DNA of 57,827 bases from Oopsacas minuta (Eukaryota; Animalia; Porifera), in NCBI GenBank assembly GCA_024704765.1, contig JAKMXF010000010.1:1-57827 (forward strand), read 5' to 3'. Under the pieces are notes generated by a model that searched no databases, was not told the DNA's origin, and saw nothing but the letters and a program-made list of their open reading frames with translations. A program made the position numbers and the translations under genes. Below are positions 1 to 11,477 of this stretch, piece by piece (position 1 is the first letter of the stretch; each line of letters opens with the position of its first letter).

Positions 1-84
1 AGCTTAGATATAGCGGGAGGTGTCTGTATATAGGAATTGCTTTAGCAAATAATCTTAGAATTCAAATAGCAAAAGAATACTCAC

Positions 85-2901
85 ATTTCTAACTCGTTTT
101 GCATTGTCACTTGTTCCAATCCATTCCCTGGCTATATGATCACTGAATGTAATTGGAGAGTCTACGCTTCTTTGATGCAAATGAGTTTGTCTAATAGGAA
201 TAGGAGTAGTGTTGTCTTGATACCGATCAGTAACAAAATCGCCCTCATTTTTAGATATATAATAGCAAGCAGTATTTGTAACATCAACATCTACATCCAA
301 ATTGTGTTCGGGGAGAGTTACAAAACTGTCAGAGTTTTGAAGAGGGGTCTGTTCAGGTGTCTATAGGCAAAATTAAATAAATCGACCCTTGCTAGCGTAG
401 CAACTAGATGTGAAATAGGAATTTGAAAATAGCTACATACGTACTTAATACAATTAACTTGAGTGAATAACTTATTAATTAATGACGAATTCAATGATTA
501 GCTACAGCAAGCCTTATTATTAATAAATAAATATTTATTAGTTTAGAACAATCTGAAACTAACATAGCATTCTCGCCTTTATATATATGGCCTAACTCTA
601 ATGATACACATGGAGTAGCGAATTATGTTGAGGGTCCGTAACCGTTCTATTATTGTATAAAGATATTACATATTCAGTCTGTGATGCTTCTCTTGTATAT
701 TTTTTTGAAGCCGATGTGATCTTGGAGATAACTGGATCATGAGAACGAGAGCATAACATGTAATCTGTTTCTTTAGGCTCACGTTGGTTACCATCAGGTG
801 ATCCTAAAACACAATTAAACCAATATTCCAAAAAGTATAATTAATAGTATGGAATTACCTGAGCGAGATCCATAATTACCTCGAGCTCCTTGACAGCTAA
901 GTAGAAGATAAAACGAATGTTAAACACAGAACAGAGATCGTTAAATATTGTAAAAAGATAAATTATAGAAAGGGAATAATATGAAAAAAAAAATATTCAA
1001 CAACTAACCGCTCTATATCTTTTGTTACCTGTGGAAAATACGAATATATAATTATTGCAATTATAAAAGGATAAATTTCACAGTGATATACTAGTTACTT
1101 GATTAGTGTATTCATAATTATTATTACTGTTAATGTGATTGAGTAGAATTAACGTATATTTGTATTTGATAGGCCAGTGTAGTTTATCATCATAACCTCC
1201 TTTCATAATATAAATGGAAACACCTACTATATCTGCATTCCAACTATTCCATAGAACATTTCCCTGACACTTGTATAAACCTACATAGAATGGATCACTG
1301 AAAGTATTCTCTTTGTTTTCAATCTTCTGTTTAACACCTGTAATAATCCGTTCCAATTGTCCTGGAGATAGAGGTGTATAAGAATAGAGTACTTCCAGTA
1401 GCGTAACGACGGGGTGGCAATGGGGGCACGTGCCCCCAGCGGCATTTTGACATATTGGTCCACACAAATATGATAAATCTCATGTGATCCCATGATAATT
1501 TATATCCGTTCTAACCAGGGTTGTCTCTTTAAAGTTTAAACCCACCCCTCTAGATTAAACCATTGTTTAAACCGGTTAGAGGACTTACTGAGGCAACTAA
1601 CTTCACCTATGTGATCGATAAGTTTGCGAGAATCAAAGCACGAAAGGTCAGGTTGTGAAGAAGAGCTACTAACGACCCGAAGCGTAGTATTATTGTATTT
1701 TCGGTTAAAAGTTTCAAACATATATGCGTAATCACATATTATGTAAACAATAACTAAACATGGTATCTAATGAACCAGGGCAGGGGCAAGGGAATTTTCA
1801 AATAACACCCTTCCCGGGAGTTGTTTAAGATAACTGCTCATAAAGTTACGTTTTAGGAGGCGGCGTTTAGACATCGTTACGCCACTGAGTACTTCTACAA
1901 TTGATTTCAGTTCTGAATCCTTCTCAGTAATTTGTTTTTCTAAAATCTCGATTTTGGTATTTGCTGTAGTCAGCTCTTTGGTTTTACTTTCACTTTCATT
2001 TTCCAAGATTGAAATCCTCTCAGTTGCTCTATCCAATTCTTGAGATGTTTGAATTTGTTTCTGTTTCATATCAGTCATTGACAATCTGAAGTGAATATGG
2101 ATGAATTCTCTTTCATGAAGATCCATCTCTCTCCTCTCCATCTCCTCTCTACATCCATAGACCCAATAAGGACACTCTACTTTCTGTAGAGGACACACGT
2201 CAGTTAGATGGACAGGAACATCTCTCCTCATCATTTGTCTGGTCACTTCCTCTCCTTCCCTCACACATTCATTCGGACAAGGAACTGGAAAGTGCTCACA
2301 GTCTTCCAAATGAGGATTCATCTCACAGGCCTTCACTGAATTCAGACAGAATTCACACACCAGTTCTCTTAAGGGACACGAATCTCTCTGGTGTTCTGGA
2401 ATCCGTCTCTTCTCTAGTTTCATAACTTTCCCCTTCCTCTCTCCATCTAGACAGACACAACCCAGAGGACACAGTACAGGAAAGAACTCACATTCTTCCA
2501 GGTGGTGTATTGCTGTAGTCACTGTGTCACTCCATTCACACCCTCTCTTCTTTAGGGGACAACTAATCTACAAATAAATAACTCATCTGTAAATGCAAAC
2601 AAACACTTGTAAATAACAACAAATAAACTACCATTTTATCGGAGACTATTTCACGATTCATCTTTACTGGTTGCCATGCTACACCCTCAGGAATGCACAC
2701 ACCACACCTGAATTCTTCTTCATAGAGACAAGCATCTCTTAACAATCCATTACAAAAAGCACATACTAATAGTTTCAGTTCCATTTTGCTTGATAAGTTA
2801 TCTACCAACAAATCAACCCTCCAGCCTCTGTAACTACCATCCTCTGTCTTCATGTACACCAAGCCCTCTCTCCCTTCTGAGTCTGTTATCTTCTCTGCCA
2901 T
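85..2901 (-). pseudogene. TRAF: TRAF-like gene (degenerate RING, TRAF zinc fingers, coiled coil, partial MATH), interrupted by a hAT MITE and continuing off the left edge
   Basis: Exon 2901-2632 has CAFC..RDAC..RCGVC. A 64-bp GT-AG intron (2631-2568) joins KM to ISCPLKKRGCEW. Zinc fingers include CPLRELVCEFC and CPLQKVECPYWVYGC. Removing MITE 1396-1887 plus one TSD restores IVEVL-YSYTP in frame into MATH-like FSDPFYVGLYK...WPIKYKYTLILLNH. Further phase-compatible exons: 1028-1009, 896-859, 803-610, 360-85. Confidence 0.85.
1396..1887. mobile_element. hAT-type MITE (492 bp)
   Basis: TIRs cagtagcgtaacga / tcgttacgccactg; perfect 8-bp TSD agtacttc at 1388-1395 and 1888-1895. Confidence 0.92.
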
Positions 2902-3085
2902 TATACAATCTACGTATGTTTTGCTGAATAGAATTATTATATAAATAAGAGGAACTTAAGGAACTCTTAGGAACTGCCCAGCCTGAGATTATAAATCCAA
3001 GAATAATTCGACATCGTCTATATCTTTCTTTCATATATAATCAATTGATCATCTCGTTACAATGTTAAAATGTTAATAATCAGTT

Positions 3086-3360
3086 AGGCCATGTAAAATA
3101 CATTACTTATTTCTCATCCATCTTTATCTGCGAATAGGGGCGGGGGGCGGCATTTTATTTTTATTTTTTGCTTAGCGTCATTTTACTAATTTATTTAAAC
3201 TATCTCGTTAATACGAATTTCTGATAAGACAAACAATATTCGTACATAATCCGGTCTCTACAACCGTACGGTACGTTGGTGTTCGTATTAAGCTTACACT
3301 GTATATGGGAAAACTAATATTCACTTCCTCTCTATAATCTGAATTATTGTACAATTTAAA
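3086..3360 (+). mobile_element. Truncated copy of the aggccatgtaaaa MITE family
   Basis: Near-identical by eye to the left part of 24620-25308 and to the reverse copy at 20260-20766; a short fragment also lies at about 9700-9770. Confidence 0.75.
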
Positions 3361-3553
3361 TAACAAAGGTATAACTCTGCCCAGCGATGTCCTTATTTTC
3401 CCCTTTACTTGTCTACTTAATGCAGCCAATAAAGCCCATGCATACCTTCACAGACAGAATTTCTCGGGCCCCGGGGTAATTACCCCGCCTACCCCCCCCC
3501 CCCCCCCCACCAGCCCCCTCTCGACGGCCCTGTCCTCGATAGGGTATACGTAA

Positions 3554-3790
3554 TTACATTAATTCTAGAGTTAAGAAGAGAGTTTTGTATATTGTTTGAA
3601 ATTGTGTGTTTTCTAACTCCACTCCATCAACAATATTTAAGCTTAGTTTTAGTTCATTCTTTAATGATTCTAGCTGAGTTATCTGTAATTGTAGCTGTGA
3701 TAAATGAGTGTCTAATTCTATGTTATTATGTCTGAGAGTAGTTAGTTCATTTTGAACAGATTCCAGCTCTTTCTCTTTCTCGCATAACTG
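3554..3790 (-). CDS. Probable coiled-coil exon of an unidentified gene
   Basis: Acceptor tccttacag precedes a heptad-rich frame LCEKEKELESVQNELTTLRHNNIELDTHLSQLQLQITQLESLKNELK; no phase-compatible link to neighbouring exons found. Confidence 0.4.
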   Translation of the reverse strand, partial: QLCEKEKELESVQNELTTLRHNNIELDTHLSQLQLQITQLESLKNELKLSLNIVDGVELENTQFQTIYKTLFLTLELM

Positions 3791-3993
3791 TAAGGAAAAG
3801 TAATAATTATATGTCATATCTACAAATATATTAGATAAGTATAATGTACCTCTTGTTGTATTCTGTCAGTCAGGAGAACTACCTCGAGAAGAAGGAGGGC
3901 TCATATTCAGAGATTCTTCGAATTTCTAAATCACAAAATATTTATAATAACAATAATAAGTTATTTAGCTATCTAGTTATATGTGAGAGGTTA

Positions 3994-5757
3994 TTAAAGG
4001 GGAAATACTTCTTGAGTAACACTAGTTTTAGCATCAGCCCCCCGTCCCAGCTTAAGAGTATCAATCTCTTTACTCAACTCATCGATACGAGTACGAGCTT
4101 GTTGTTTAACACGAGGAGGAGAGAGAGTGGGAGAGGAGGAGGGATAAATGGGAGGATGATCACTCTCAATGTACTTGTGTTCCTGACTATCTGTCAAATT
4201 CACACTCTTATCCTCAGTCACAAACTGACGGTGAGTGTTCTGTGTCCCAGAGGCGAGTGCGTCATCTCTAGCCTGATCTCTCATGTCTCGTTCAGAATTT
4301 TTTTCACCCTCACAGGCCTCACTTCCACTAGAAATTTCTAATGAGTTGGAAAGAGTGAGGAACTCCTGTGTTATTAGGTGATTGATATTTTCTAACACCT
4401 CTATCCCGCAATCACTCAGGTTCCGAGAGATGTAACTAGAAAGAATGTCATTCAAATCTCTACCTAGTGTACTCTGGACACGTAACACTATTTCCTGAGG
4501 GAACAACTGTGACACCAGCAAAAGTATACCTTGATGTATCGTTTCCAGGAGTCTAGGCTTAAAACATTCATCATTGTGTTTGTACAAAAAAGCAATGATA
4601 TAATTCTCAACTTCATGAAATCGTTTGTTCCATGGAGATACATCACCCTCACTCAGATGGGAAGTGACCTCTGAGATGTCATTCTCATCTTCACCAGAAA
4701 CAGCTATGTGTATTGCCTCAAAGTCTTCAGGTTTGCCAACTAGAGGGTGGATATAGTCTACGGCTTCAGACACCTGATAAGCTTGAGAGACACTTCGCTC
4801 ATCAACGTTCTCACTTGATCCGAACAGGTTCGTGTTCGGGCAGTGTCTGAGGGGAAAATTCTTGGTGGGAGAGTACACGGTCTCTTGTCTCCTCACCACC
4901 TGCAGTCTCTCTGACACTTGTGTAGAAGGTATGAAAGATGAAGGGGTGGGGGGAAGTTGTGGAATAGCAGAGAAGCCTTGAGCATCGAGCAGATCAGGAT
5001 TTTGAAAATCTTTAATCACACGCTTCAGAGAACTCAGACCAGATTCTCTCAGATAATCAGTATTGAGTAATTGAGCTACACGAATAAGCTCCAGCATGTA
5101 GTAGGGATATGTTTCATTCTGTGTTACCAGAGAGGCTACCTCTGAGAATATTCGTTCCCTCACTTGATCCAATACAGGAGACTCAAGATCTGGGGAAACC
5201 CTCTTCTGTGAATTGTTACGAGTAACATGAGCAGATTTCCTTCTGGGGGAAGCAGGACCAGCATTAACTTGTTGTTGTGATTGTTTTCTGTAAGAGTGTA
5301 TAGGAGTGACCTCCCGTCCAGAAAGATTATCACGAGCTGAGAGCAGGCGGTGTTGAGATGATATAATTTTATCTGAGAAAGTTAGATCAGTCTGAGTACA
5401 GCTAGTAGATACAGGCACACGAGGCTCATGTATCCACTGGCTAACCGGGTGTAAAGCAGGACCAGGACCAGGACCAGGAGTAGGTAAGCTCTGGTACATA
5501 TTAGCATGAACTGAAGAGGGATAGAAACCAGGAGTAGGTGTAGGGTAGCTGAGAAGGACAGGAGGAGCTGTTTGGTAGTGAGGAGTGACTGGAAGGGAAT
5601 AAGGAGCACTAGGGAGAGTAGTACCGCGAGGAGTAGTACAGTAGTGTATAGGAAGATAGTATGTAGGATAACAGCTACACTGTTGATATAAGGGAGTAAT
5701 GGGTACAAAGATGTGAGGCTGTTCGGCTAAAATACAAATGTGTGAAAATATACACAT
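3994..5757 (-). CDS. PCM1: PCM1 C-terminal-domain protein, copy A (587-aa ORF; the first ~10 codons derive from a repeat)
   Basis: VRERIFSEVASLVTQNETYPYYMLELIRVAQLLNTDYLRESGL resembles recalled vertebrate PCM1 LRDTIYSEVATLISQNESRPHFLIELFHELQLLNTDYLRQRAL; second block FLYKHNDECF...LSDCGIEVL resembles FLKEHMDEVC...LKDCGEDLL. Confidence 0.8.
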   Translation of the reverse strand: MCIFSHICILAEQPHIFVPITPLYQQCSCYPTYYLPIHYCTTPRGTTLPSAPYSLPVTPHYQTAPPVLLSYPTPTPGFYPSSVHANMYQSLPTPGPGPGPALHPVSQWIHEPRVPVSTSCTQTDLTFSDKIISSQHRLLSARDNLSGREVTPIHSYRKQSQQQVNAGPASPRRKSAHVTRNNSQKRVSPDLESPVLDQVRERIFSEVASLVTQNETYPYYMLELIRVAQLLNTDYLRESGLSSLKRVIKDFQNPDLLDAQGFSAIPQLPPTPSSFIPSTQVSERLQVVRRQETVYSPTKNFPLRHCPNTNLFGSSENVDERSVSQAYQVSEAVDYIHPLVGKPEDFEAIHIAVSGEDENDISEVTSHLSEGDVSPWNKRFHEVENYIIAFLYKHNDECFKPRLLETIHQGILLLVSQLFPQEIVLRVQSTLGRDLNDILSSYISRNLSDCGIEVLENINHLITQEFLTLSNSLEISSGSEACEGEKNSERDMRDQARDDALASGTQNTHRQFVTEDKSVNLTDSQEHKYIESDHPPIYPSSSPTLSPPRVKQQARTRIDELSKEIDTLKLGRGADAKTSVTQEVFPL

Positions 5758-6065
5758 TAGAAAACTTTAAAATTTGGACCACTAGAGGTCACTACAAGTA
5801 CACATGCCAAATTTGGTGTCTTAACTTAGAAAGGTGTGAACAGTAGAGCGCAAACATATACGTATATATTATATATACTCAACCATTTTAGAACTGAGCC
5901 ACTATACTATGCAATAGTATTAGTCGGCATAACAAAAATAGAATATACAATTACATACTCAGAGTGCATTATTTAGATCTCAGCAGCTTGGTATTTGTTT
6001 CGCTTAGCCAACAAAAGTAACATTGCAATACCATATAAGTAAAATTGATCATTTGGGATTCTTAC

Positions 6066-6883
6066 TGAGTACTTGAATAGATACGAGCCTTGAATAGAGA
6101 TATCTATTTGCTACAACGGAATTATCATCTATAGTTTCTACGATACACTGGTACTCTAGTGCGTCTAACTCCTGGGTGTCTCTGAAGAGTAAAGTTCCTT
6201 GGTGGGGAGATACGTAACTCACTCTGTTGCTAGTCTGATGAGGAATATACGTATATACATTTTTAGCGGGGATAAAGCATTATATTCACCTGCAAAGGAT
6301 TCCATCTACGCTAGCCTGACATACCAGATAGTTATCTTGTGCTAGTGCAAAAGAGCCAGAAGAAGGCTCATGTGTGAATCTAGTACCATCTAAATGAATA
6401 AGAATTATTCTTGATTGATATTTTGGTAAACAAATGATCGATATGTTTACCAATATACATAACTATACAAATAATAATTACTTAGTATGGTGATGTAAGT
6501 ACTTTGGTGTATTAAACCTAAAGAGTTGGAAACGATACAAGTGTAATTTCCGCTATCTTCTTTAAAGAGGGAATTCTTCACAAGAATACCCGGTGAGGAG
6601 TGGAGAAATATCTGAATGAATGAAAATTAAGTTCTTATAAAACCTATCACTGATAAGATATTTCATATTTGTAATCTCGTTGTCAGACCTACCCAAACTA
6701 ATCAATAAAATACAGCTAAACAATGAAACATCAATTTACCCTTGAGTAATAGGATCATTAAGAGGAATAAAGTCTCTGTTCCAAGAGTATTAGGGGGCGG
6801 GAACTGAGTCACCTGAGCAATTGAGTGAAAGAGGAGGATAAGTGAATATAATTACAGATGTCAAGTGTTCACAACCCAGAAAT
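6066..6883 (-). pseudogene. Multi-exon immunoglobulin-superfamily (I-set-like) pseudogene
   Basis: GT-AG exons 6883-6740, 6611-6482, 6389-6325, 6234-6066 encode LSLNCSGDSVPAP*YSWNRD (in-frame TAA at 6792-6790), KEDSGNYTCIVSNSLG and GTLLFRDTQELDALEYQC. A phase clash between exons 1 and 2 implies a frameshift. Absent from the ORF track. Confidence 0.75.
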
Positions 6884-7070
6884 CTGGGAGAATAACCGAA
6901 ATGTAGTTGTGACGTAATCATAGTACGTATACGAAAGTTTAGTCGAGATATACACTTTTATCACTATCAACTTATAACTTTCCGCAAGTTCTAATCACCG
7001 AATTTATCGTTACAAAAGTATTTCCATACGAATATTCACAAAATTGATACAATTACGTATAGATTGCATA

Positions 7071-7343
7071 CCGTATTACCGCGAATAATCGCCGGGGCGA
7101 TTTTGAATTTCAAGCACCCTTCAGAGGGAAATTTAGATTTTTGGTAAGCACGATTATTCGATATAATCATATCTATGTTTATGCAATATAATATGTATAT
7201 TTATCCTTACAAACTGTAGATTGACCAAAATAAAGGGGAATAATGATTCACTGTATGTAGTGATATATTTTTAGGACCCTCAGGGGGGCGAATAATCGAG
7301 GGAGGGATTATTCAATGAGAGGCGATTATTCGAGGTAACACGG
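7071..7343. mobile_element. Tc1/mariner (pogo-like) MITE
   Basis: TIRs ccgtattaccgcgaataatcgcc / ggcgattattcgaggtaacacgg, TA on both sides. Confidence 0.85.
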
Positions 7344-8005
7344 TAATTTGATATCTAGATGGAAACCTTAGGGAAGATCGAATTACTGTCATAATATACA
7401 ACAATTTTAAGCAGAAAAATGTCCAGCCGACAGACTGGTAGTGCACCTCAGGGTCATGTATTTTTGTTTTTCAAGGGGGCAGCCCCCCTACCCCCGAGTA
7501 AATGCCACAATGCACTGGACCCGACTGATTATGGGATCCTGGATCAGATAAATATTTTTCAAATATTATAAATATAGATTTGAAAATATCAAAATTATAA
7601 TTCCCTTACTCGATTACTCCTTACTAGAAGTTGAAATGAAACCTCTAGCTGATTTTGATTAATTTGCAAAAAGCTGTGAATTGTAATTAATGTTAGATTA
7701 GAAAACATCTACAAATATATTATTAAATCTCGATTGCTGTGTGTTTGTTAGTCCGGTTAGTATTATAGTATTAGCGAAACAGAACTTAGTGAATGGGTAA
7801 TATGAGTAAAGTACACAACTAGGTGGATAGATTCCAAATTTCGCATTTCAAGATTCTCATATGCAAATGCACTGTTGTTATTATGAATATAAAGTAAATA
7901 AAATATCGGAAGAGACTTGCTTTCAGCGCCTATATAGAGGGAGCTAAGTGTGCTGTGTCATATAGTGTCAGGAGGAGAAGGTGAAACTGTATGGAAGGTA
8001 GCGGA

Positions 8006-8568
8006 CAGAAATGGAACCGGTCGGGTCGGGTACCGGTCGAAGATCTCGACCGGCCGGTCATAATTTCTGAATATGGGCAGTCTGAATTTGATCTAGTTGT
8101 GCTAAAGGAGGCAGCGTTAAACGGACTTTGGCCGTAAAATTCCGTACATATTCTATATATTCAAAATTTCTTTATTAGTCTACATTTCAATATTTCTATC
8201 TTTTCTACATTTCTGTATTAAATAGGATTTATGTGTATAATCATCCATTATATACTGCCTGGCCAAAGTATTCGAACGCCAGAGCTACAATTAGCACATA
8301 GCACCAATATAAATGCCACATTAGTTATAGACAAATTATTGAAAATTATTTCATACATTTTATAATAAATATTAATTCATCAACCTTGAAGAAAAGAGAT
8401 TTTCTACTTTCTGCAATATCCACAGAATATTCAACATATTCTCGCCGTGTGCCACTTGTGTCACAAGTGGCAGGGTGTTCCAATACTTTCGGCCAGGCAG
8501 TGCATAGTCAAAGCTACCAGTCGGCCGGTCGGGTGAGGTCATGAAAAAGCTGACCGGTTCCATCTCTG
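8006..8568. mobile_element. hAT-type MITE with a nested Tc1-like MITE
   Basis: TIRs cagaaatggaaccggtc / gaccggttccatctctg; 8-bp TSD gtagcgga at 7998-8005 and 8569-8576. Confidence 0.92.
8253..8502. mobile_element. Tc1-like MITE, same family as 26198-26444
   Basis: TIRs tactgcctggccaaagtattcgaac / gttccaatactttcggccaggcagtg. Confidence 0.85.
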
Positions 8569-8587
8569 GTAGCGGAAGAATTCAGAT

Positions 8588-9172
8588 CAGTGCTGCAAAT
8601 GGGTCAGATGGGTCACTTTTTTAAGATGGGTCAGTGGGTCATGGGGCATGCGTTAATGGGTCATGACCCATCAAAATTGTATTTATATACAATGTAGGCT
8701 TAAAAGAGTTATTTGTCAATTAGAAAACCTTCTAAATAGAGTTAATAGAGGTGGTCATTATACTAAATGTTTGGAATACTACAAGTAAGAGTTTTAATCT
8801 TCTTGATTTGTGGAAGCAGAATAACTTAAGTTTCCATTATTATCAATAATTGCCATGAGACTATTGGTAATTCAGGCATCCCCATCCGAAAGCGAGAGAC
8901 ACTTTAGTGCCTTTGATGCTCGGCATATCGTAACATCTCAATGGAATGCAATGTTGCCAGAAACTATCGAAGCTGTCTCTGTTGTGTTGGAAGATATAAA
9001 ACAACTTGATATAATTATTGTGTTAGACTAAATACTTACATTATACTTGTTCCTAATAATGAAATACATAATGGGTCAGAATGGGTCAGGAAATAATTAA
9101 TGGGTCATGGGTCACTACTTCGATGGGTCACATGGGCCATGGGTCACTTCATGTGACCCATTTGCAGCTCTG
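8588..9172 (+). mobile_element. Non-autonomous hAT deletion derivative retaining the C-terminal dimerization region
   Basis: TIRs cagtgctgcaaatgggtca / tgacccatttgcagctctg; 8-bp TSD attcagat (8580-8587, 9173-9180); remnant LVIQASPSESERHFSAF...LPETIEAV; atgggtc subterminal repeats. Confidence 0.92.
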
Positions 9173-9279
9173 ATTCAGATGCAGTAGAGGTTTCATACAA
9201 AGCTTACTATCTTCGAGTGCTGCTCGCTGCTCTTGTCTAATCAGATTCTCTGAAGAGATACAGCACTTATGGCCGCTAC

Positions 9280-9690
9280 CAGAGCTGCAAATGGGTCACA
9301 TGAAGTGACCCATGACCCATAACCCATGTGACCCATCGAAGTAGTGACCCATGACCCATTGACCCATGGGTCATGACCCATTTATTATTTTCTTACCCAT
9401 TCTGACCCATTATGTATTTCATTATTAGGAACAAGTATAATGTAAGTATTTAGTCTAACACGATAATTAAATCAAGTTGTTCTTATATCTTTCCAACACA
9501 ACAGAGACAGCTTCGATAGTTTCTGGCAACATTGCATTCCATTGAGATGTTACGATATGCCGAGCATCAAAGGCACTAAAGTGTCTCTCGCTTTCGGATG
9601 GGGATGCCTGAATTACCAATAGTCTCATGGCAATTATTGATAATAATGGAAACCTAAGTTTATTCTGCTTCCACAAATCAAGGAGATTCT
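9280..9690 (-). mobile_element. Inverted, truncated second copy of the same hAT derivative
   Basis: Starts cagagctgcaaatgggtcacatg; ORF 9467-9676 carries the same dimerization motif; the other end is missing. Confidence 0.88.
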
Positions 9691-11420
9691 ACATTTCACA
9701 GCTACAAATTAGTAAAATTACGCTAAGCAAAAAATAAAAATAAAATGCCGTCCCTCGTCCCTATTACGCAGGACCACGTGAACAGTGTGTGCATACTACG
9801 AATATCTTGGACGTCTTGGAATAATACTTATTTTTCTTTCATGTACAGACTCACTGTACAGCTACTTCTGTGGTATTCAATGTAAGTGTTTATTGTAACT
9901 TGAATAAATCTATTCAGAGATTATGAAGTTCAGGGTTTCATACTTTTTCTGGGGAGGGGGTTGAAATTTGGGAGTCCAAGGGCAGCCAAAAGCGAGAGAC
10001 AGTAAGGGGGACCAGGGGGTTTAACCCCAGAAACATTTGAAACTTATTACCCCAGGCCCAACTATTGATCTCGAGCTATTCTTGCCACCCATGGAACAAT
10101 TGTTGAAACATGCATTTTTCAGCAAAATTAGTATTTTACATAAAATGGAGCAGGACACAAAGCCACAATCACAGACCACTGGCAATAACTCAACATTACG
10201 AGAAGCTACAGAACGCCAGACCACTGTACGACCCCTCCTCTCTCCCCCAGAGGTCTAATTCTGTAATGACCGTGAGCTCCATTCCTCTTCCCTCTATTAC
10301 CAATCACAGCGCTAGTTTCACAACACAAGCATATTCTAATAATCAGCCTGTATATCCTCCTATCCTCTCACAGGGCTCACAGAATGAGCATAGTTCGTCT
10401 CAACATAACATTAGCTCTTTGACAGTATCTGTTCAAGGTACAGACTTACGTATACTAACAATTATCGTGTGAACTATCCTCAGTTGCGGAGTTGGCCAGC
10501 CGTTACTGGTGGGGCACAATTACGTCACAGTTGGGGTACAGGTTATTAAGCTGGGGCATGCTTACCTTAATGAGGTGGGGCGCATGCCCCTGGCCCTCCC
10601 TTGTGCCGCTTCTGGCTATCTTTCAGCCCACTATTAATATATTGCTGTTTCGGCAGATGAATCCATCTAAGCATGAGGTCGGGCAGTATTTCATTATCAC
10701 TATCGGGTACCTGTGGTTTTAATTCCCACTATCTAACACCTATATTGGCTGACATTGCCCAATCATGTGATTTATCATACTTCCGTCTTAGGTGTGAATT
10801 TTAATCCAAGAATCGGACTTGTCCGTGCCGGGTCAATATACATCTGTGTTCAGAAAATCCGTCCTGGGGCCTTCCAGTTTCTATAATCAATTCTGGGCAT
10901 ACATACATGTATAGAGTATATTTTATTTCTTCTTATGTTTTCACATATTTTGTATTGGACAGCTGGTGTCGGCTCATGAGATGTAGAATAATTGAATTTG
11001 TTAAGTGTCAGGGGAAATTAGTTTGATTCATAAAATATTACTAAAGTCATATTTAATACCTCCACGCTAGACCAAGAAATTCCATTTCTATTTTCCTATA
11101 TTATCAACTTTGTTTACACCTTTGTAGCTGAATTACATGGAGTATTACTGTAATAGTAAAATTCATTAGAAAGAACTATACAGAGTTAGGAAAGTCGGGT
11201 TTGACTGTGCTTTACTTGACTCAGAGTTTTGTATAATGAAAACTCAATACTCATGCAAATATTCAGTTTATGACTATTTCAAATATTTTTTTGTGTGAAT
11301 ATTCTGAATTCTAAGTAGGGTAACAAATTTCTTAAACTTACTGTATTGTGCACATAGTACTCATATTTTGGCAGGTGGATGATTATGGAATCTGTACAAT
11401 TAGAGATACCCCACTATAGT

Positions 11421-11477
11421 CAGAGGGGCGGATGACTCCAAATCATAATCCAATCCGTAATCCATCCGGTCCCTCTG
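11421..11477. mobile_element. Minimal 57-bp hAT-type MITE
   Basis: TIRs cagaggggcggatg / catccggtccctctg; 8-bp TSD actatagt (11413-11420, 11478-11485). Confidence 0.75.

Larger units (their letters stand above)
7953..9279 (+). pseudogene. HELQ: HELQ helicase exon fragment split by two hAT insertions and truncated by a third
   Basis: Joining 7953-8005 + 8577-8587 + 9181-9279 gives the stop-free frame LCHIVSGGEGETVWKVAEEFRCSRGFIQSLLSSSAARCSCLIRFSEEIQHLWPL, resembling recalled HELQ [45 protein letters not shown]. Confidence 0.75.

Noticed and set aside
2834-3034. Upstream ORF and a plus-strand RLYLSF HELQ-like word
   Set aside because: Too short to distinguish from chance
10037-10722. Ser/Thr/Gln-rich ORF pieces and a GC-rich tract
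   Set aside because: No recognisable domain, splice model or TIR/TSD pair
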